From NCBI RefSeq assembly GCF_009914755.1, contig NC_060929.1: 64,000 bases of DNA; one strand, 5' to 3'. Below, one piece after another: positions 58,106-64,000 of the stretch. The notes under the pieces are model-generated. The model saw nothing but the letters and a program-made list of their open reading frames with translations, did no database searches and was not told where the DNA came from. Both the position numbers and the translations under genes were made by a program. This DNA comes from the human T2T-CHM13v2.0 reference genome, Homo sapiens. Positions within the stretch are counted from its first letter, which is position 1. Each line of letters starts with the position of its first letter.

Positions 58106-59892
58106 TCCAGGTGGTTGGAAAACTATGCACTCAGATTGAATCCTGCCCCTGACTGTTTTCATATAATTTGTGAGCCAAAGTAGTTTTTACTTATTTAAGT
58201 GGTTGGAAAAAAATGACAGACTATCTCATGATGTAAAAATGACATAAAATGCAAATTTCAATGCCTATATACAAAGTTTTATTGGAACACAGCAATGTTC
58301 ATCATGTAAGTGTTGCCTATGGCTGTTTTCATGCTATAGTTGCAGAGTTGAGTAGTTGCAACAGACATCATATCTCAGCTTCTTTAATAGACATAAAATC
58401 ATATGAAGTAAAAATTAAAATACAATATTGTTAGATTTGCAGCATATATTATGTAACATATTTGTAACATGTATGATGTTATATAATGTTATATATATAT
58501 ACACACACATACAACAATAAGTACAATAGCTATGGTAGTATAAATTTAAAGTAGACTGTGATAATTAAAATATGTATAGTAAACTCTAGAGCAGCCGTTA
58601 ACAAAACAAAACCATTAATGATTGTAGAAGAAATTAAAGGAATTAATATATTACATTAGAAAATATTCTCTCAATGCAAAAAAAAGCAGTAAAGGAGAAA
58701 TAGAGGAACAAAAAGACATGAAACGTAGAGAAATAAACAAGCTAAAAGGTAGATGCAAATCCAATTATATCAATAATAATGTTAAATTTGAACGGATTAA
58801 ATAGTTTAGTCAAAAATTGTCAAACTCAAATAAAAAACAAGATGCAATTATTTGCTGTGTTTAGGAGACTTTGTTTTTGTTTTTTTGTTTTAGATTTTAG
58901 TTTTAATTGACAAATAATTATATATATTATGTGGTACAATGTTATGTTATAATACATGTGTACTTTGTGCGATGATTAAATCAGACTAATTAACATATTT
59001 ACCACATCACATACTTATCATTTCTTTATTGTGAGAACATTTGAAATCTACTTTTTTAAAGAAATTTTGAAATATACAATAATTATTATTAACTATAGTC
59101 ACTATGCTATGCAACAGATCACTAGAATCAGTCCTCCTAACCAACTGAAACTTTGTACCCTTTGAGTAACGTATCCAGTTTTCCCATCCACCTTCCAATT
59201 CCCTGATCCCTCCCAGGCTCTAGTAACCACCATTTTACTCTCTACTTCTATGAGTTTGACTTTCATAGAGTCCACATGTATGTGATATCAAGCAGTCTTT
59301 GTCTTTCTAAGCCTGGCTTATTTCACTTGGATAACGTCCTCCATGTTTATCCTTGTTGTCACAATAACAGCATTTTCTTTATTTATAAGACTGAATAATA
59401 TTCCATTATGCATATACCACATTCTTTTTACCCATTCATCCATCAATGGACATTTAGGTTGCTTCCATGTCTTAACTATTGTGAATATCACTTCAATAAA
59501 ATATGAGAATGCAGATAATCTTTATGAGATCCTGATTTCAATCTCTTTAGGTATAAACCTAGAAGTGGGCTTGCTGGATCATATGGTAATTTTTTTTTTC
59601 TTTTTGAGAAACTTTCATACTGTTTTCTAAAATGACTATATTAATTTACATCCCCATCAACCATGTATAAGGGGTCCCTATAGGAGATACTATTTTAGAT
59701 TCAAGGATACAAATTGGTTGAAAGTAAAAGAATAGAAAATTATATGTCTTGCAAATAGCAACCACAAGAAAGCTGAAATGGCTATACTAACATCAGACAA
59801 AATCATCTTTACAAGAGAAAGAATATGGCCGGCAAAGCCTAACGTATTTACTACCTGGCCCTTTATAGAAAAAGTTTGCCACTCCATGCTCT
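58106..59892. mobile_element. MER58B-like hAT MITE (58106-58365 plus 59820-59892) split by a plus-strand L1M fragment, itself split by a minus-strand L1MA 3' end (about 58870-59678)
   Basis: MER58 motifs gttgagtagttgcaacagac and tatttactacctggccctttatagaaaaagtttgcc; L1 endonuclease-like gaaagctgaaatggctatactaacatcagacaaa. Confidence 0.75.
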
Positions 59893-59925
59893 AGGTGCTT
59901 ATGATGACTCACTGGGATAAAATGA

Positions 59926-60288
<363 letters not shown>

Positions 60289-60459
60289 AAAATTCAAATT
60301 ATTTTAAAAGTTTTACTTGTGGTATGTTTTATACTATATATGTTAGCGTAGCTTATGTATATAATTTATGGGTAAGTAAAAAATATATATTTTTGGTGTT
60401 CATGTGCAGAAATGTTTTCCTCATTGCAGTGAGTAAATAAACACCTTAAGAAACTACTC

Positions 60460-60610
60460 TAGAGGGTTGTGGGATAAACAATTACATATTAGGTACAACA
60501 TATACTACTCAGGTGAGGAGTGCGCTAAAATCTCAAGATTTGCTGCTATATAATTCATCCACATAACCAAAAGCCACTGCACCTCTAAAGCTATAAAAAT
60601 AAAAAAAGTG
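60460..60610 (+). mobile_element. Short L1PB/L1MA 3' end
   Basis: tacatattaggtacaacatatactactcaggtga...aattcatccacataaccaaaa followed by an A tail. Confidence 0.7.
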
Positions 60611-61039
60611 TTTTAAAAATCTCACTCTGTCTTAATCCTATTGTTTTACAAGTGGGAAAAAGAAAATCAAAAGAGGTAAAATCATTATTCAAGGGCCCAA
60701 AGTGAAATTTTTGCAGAATCAGCTACAGGCTCCTGCTTTTTGTACTGTACTTTTTTTTTTCAAACTTTTAATTTTAATGGGTACATAGTAGGTATACCGT
60801 CATTTTGCCGACATGCCCACCCCATCCCCTGCTGCCTTACAGTCTGGGGCTTCTGACATAAGGAGCACTTGTGGTAATTTCAGATTCTCACTATTGCTGG
60901 ACTAATTACTACATAACACATGCAGAACCTTTTTCCTAGTCTTTGTATAAATCTTGGTATGCTATAGCATTAGGAGTGCATTTTTGCTCTAGAGAGAGGT
61001 TGAAGAATATCCTCAATTGATCCCAAGCACCTTCTCTGA

Positions 61040-61500
61040 GGTTGGAAATATCTCCTAGAAAGATGCAGTAGAAGCCTATACACATTCTGCATGGTACAGT
61101 CATATTTCAATTTGGAAGTGTGGTGCCAGGAACAATGATATTGGGAAAGTGTCTGTAGTTAACTTTAGACCTCCCTAATTGGAATGATGCAGCTTGATTG
61201 AGAAAGTCACAAGTCAAGAGAGACACACAAAAACTTGTGCACTTCCAGAAGAAGGTCCAGGAAGATGAAAAGATGGACAATATTATGTCTAGGAAGAACA
61301 GTAGAGGAGTTAGATGGTGTTTAGCTTATAGATGGCTCAGGTGCCAAAATAGTTATTTTCAAATATCCAAATGACTATCTTGAGAAAGAAGGAACAAAGC
61401 TGCTCCATAGGCCCAGACTAGGACCTTTGAGTAGAATTTGCAGTGATTTAGAGTTGGGCATGCTAGTCAGAGAGGTCTAATGATGGACTGGATGTCACAT
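61040..61500 (+). mobile_element. Ancient L3/CR1 LINE remnant
   Basis: gaggagttagatggtgtttagctta...ttttcaaatatccaaatgactatc is a CR1-like 3' motif. Confidence 0.45.
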
Positions 61501-62480
61501 CAGAGAGACCACATCAGAGAGATGTGGATGTAATGCCTGCCTTCATCTCTTATTGCCTGTATGGCCCTGGGATTATAAATAGTAATCATGTTTTGCAATA
61601 TTGTTTATGTGGTTCGTTTCTTACTCTTCCACACATCCTTGTACCTCATGCTCCCACCTCTAGCTTATATTGCCAGGATTTTGAAACTCAAGACTGGGAG
61701 AGTAGTTTGAGAAAAATAGTTCTTATACCCAAAGTTTGACTTTTAGAGTCAAAGGCCAGAAAATCTAGAATAAAGTAGAACATAAAACATATGCTAAAAT
61801 AACAGATCGGAAAATACGCTGCACTGTCCCTTGAGACCAAATAAAAATTACAAGGGCTAAAGGTTAAGATATGGAGGAAAGGCAATGTTGAGGGAAGAGG
61901 TTGGTGGGGTCCAACATGCCAAGGGCTCAACATACCTGGAGGAACCAGACAGACAGAGGGGAATCAGTACTGTGACTCATCAACTGCTAATAGAAGGATG
62001 TTATCAACCGTGAGCTGGGAGTCAAGTTATTGAATGCAGATCATGGGATCACATTAGACATTTGGGCCAGTGTCACAAATCATCCATGCCATTGAGTTAC
62101 GTTAGCTCTCCTCATAATGTCCCGTAAAGGCCTCCCACTGACAGCACCACCAGAGCTCTGCTCATGGTCTTCTAGGAGTGAGGGGTCTTTGGGACTGAAA
62201 TTTTGCTCAGCCCTATTGAACTGGCTCCGTGTGGTATAACTTTTTGTTTGTCAGATATATTCTAAGGCTCCTTGGAGACGATGAGATGTTTCGTGAACAC
62301 CAACAGAAGGATTACATGGAAGAGAAGCCTCACTGTGCCTTGGCAGGAATTAATAGAACTGGTTTTGAGGTCTGTTCCATGCCACTCAATTGCATTCCAG
62401 ATTGTATATAAACTATATTTTTACCTTTGTAATCCAGCTGCAGTTAATTATTCTAGAACTTAAAAAATTATAGATTATAA

Positions 62481-62662
62481 CATTAGTCATTATTTTATAG
62501 GGTGACTGTAAGATTAAATGACATAAAGCACGAAAGTATCAGCATACTGATTGTCTTAGAATATATATGTTCATTAGTCATTATTTCATAGGGTGACTGT
62601 AAGATTAAATGACATGAAGTATGAACGTATCAGCACACTGATTGTCTTAGAATACATATGTT
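62481..62662 (+). repeat. 91-bp tandem duplication (MIR-derived)
   Basis: CATTAGTCATTATTT...ATATGTT at 62481 and 62572, with a few mismatches. Confidence 0.92.
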
Positions 62663-62949
62663 CAGTAAGTGGAAGTTGTTATTTTTTTTCAAGGTGTGAT
62701 GAGATCTTGTGAAACCGAACGACAATTTGATCTTTTTGTGGTAAAAGACCATTCAAATTCCTGAATGTGATAATGGTCATGGTGAGTGATTTGTCGATTT
62801 AGAGTTAGTACTTTTTTTTTTAACCTCCTGTGCACAGGCTGCAGGCAGTATCACAATAACATTGGACAGTTTTACACAACAAAGTCTGGGCCCAAATTGA
62901 GATAATGTGATTTCGTAGACATAGAACAGGGTTCAAAATTTCATATTAT

Positions 62950-63215
62950 TAACAAGCTACTTCCTTCTGGAGGTCGCAGGGGAAAATCAGTTTCCTTTTC
63001 CTTGCCAGCTGTTAGAGGCTGCCAACATTTCTTGGTTCATGGCTCTGGGTCACCCCAAATTCTTCTTCTATTGTCACTTCTGCTTCTATTGTCACATCTT
63101 CCTCTCTGACTCTGACTCTCCTGCCTCCCTTTTATAAAAACACTTGTGATTATATTGAACTCTCCAGGATAATCCAAAGTAATGTTTCTATCTGAGTATC
63201 CTAAATTTGATTGCC
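62950..63215. mobile_element. MLT1 (MaLR) LTR fragment
   Basis: ttccttctggagg...agaggctgccaacatttcttggttcatggc...ggataatccaaagtaat. Confidence 0.75.
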
Positions 63216-64000
63216 TATACCTATTCTTAGGGCCCAGAACCTAAGAATATGTTACCTTGCATGGCAAAAGGGACTTCTTCTCCCACATCTTTGGGAGCCA
63301 TTACTTTGTGTACTGCAAATGGAAACTTTTTTTTGGCTGCTAAATACACAGGAAAACCCCTAGATAATTTCCTTTTTTTCCACCTATGTATATGAGTAAA
63401 GGACTTTTTGTTATATGCTACCACCCTTGTAAGTATCCATTTCATAGGTATACAGTTGTCCCAGGATGCTGATAAAGAGTAGACAATTCTAGGGTAAGTG
63501 GATGCCAACAGAACACGCTTAAGAGTGGGCTTATGAATGGCTATCACTCCTGATACATGACCAGTGGGCTAGGTGCTGACTTCTGTCAAAGGGGGGACCT
63601 CATCATAGCTCCTCAGTGCAGGCAATACATAAGACTTCATGTCTAAAGCCTGCTGTCCCTAGGTTCTGAGCTACAGATGATGTACAGTCAAATGGACTCT
63701 GGTCATTCCCCAGATGCTGATTCAATACAGTCATCATGGTCCATCTGCCTATGTTTCCTTATTCTTTCTCCAACCAACTTTTAAGTTTCTTCTATATCTT
63801 TCTTCCCAAGCTTTGGACTCCATTCTTTGTCTTTGAGATCAGAACATTTTTTCTTATTCCATATTCTCTCAAAATCTCATGTTTTCATAGCTGAGTCATA
63901 ATATCTGTATTGCTAAACTCAGAAGCCAACAACTGACTCTGCTTTCTGCTGTCAGTTCACCCCTAAGGCACTGATGAAGAATAATTAGCTGACTGAATGA

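Overview
This is primate (very likely human) genomic DNA: AT-rich and dominated by Alu, L1, MIR/L2, MaLR/ERV LTRs and DNA-transposon MITEs. The one protein-coding gene I can support is C5orf46 (SSSP1/AP-64) on the minus strand. It has four exons between about 430 and 14240, with a TATA box, GT-AG junctions and an AATAAA signal, and encodes an 87-aa secreted peptide. From memory this places the window at 5q32 near the SPINK cluster; I have not verified that. Also present are a decayed EEF1G processed pseudogene (29846-31235) and a full-length, about 6.03-kb L1PA3-like element (48826-54857, minus). Its ORF1 and ORF2 are dead, but its 114-aa antisense ORF0 is intact. An old L1M element has lost most of its ORF2. 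I found no convincing new multi-gene system. The best leads are: (i) the nominally non-coding last exon of C5orf46 is stop-free in all three frames for 152 nt, so exon skipping or readthrough would give long signal-peptide-bearing isoforms; (ii) two cases of the same target site being used by two retrotransposition events; (iii) a templated filler at an Alu 5' junction; (iv) a possible ORF0 fusion to downstream cryptic exons. Repeat subfamily names and most repeat boundaries are by eye and approximate.
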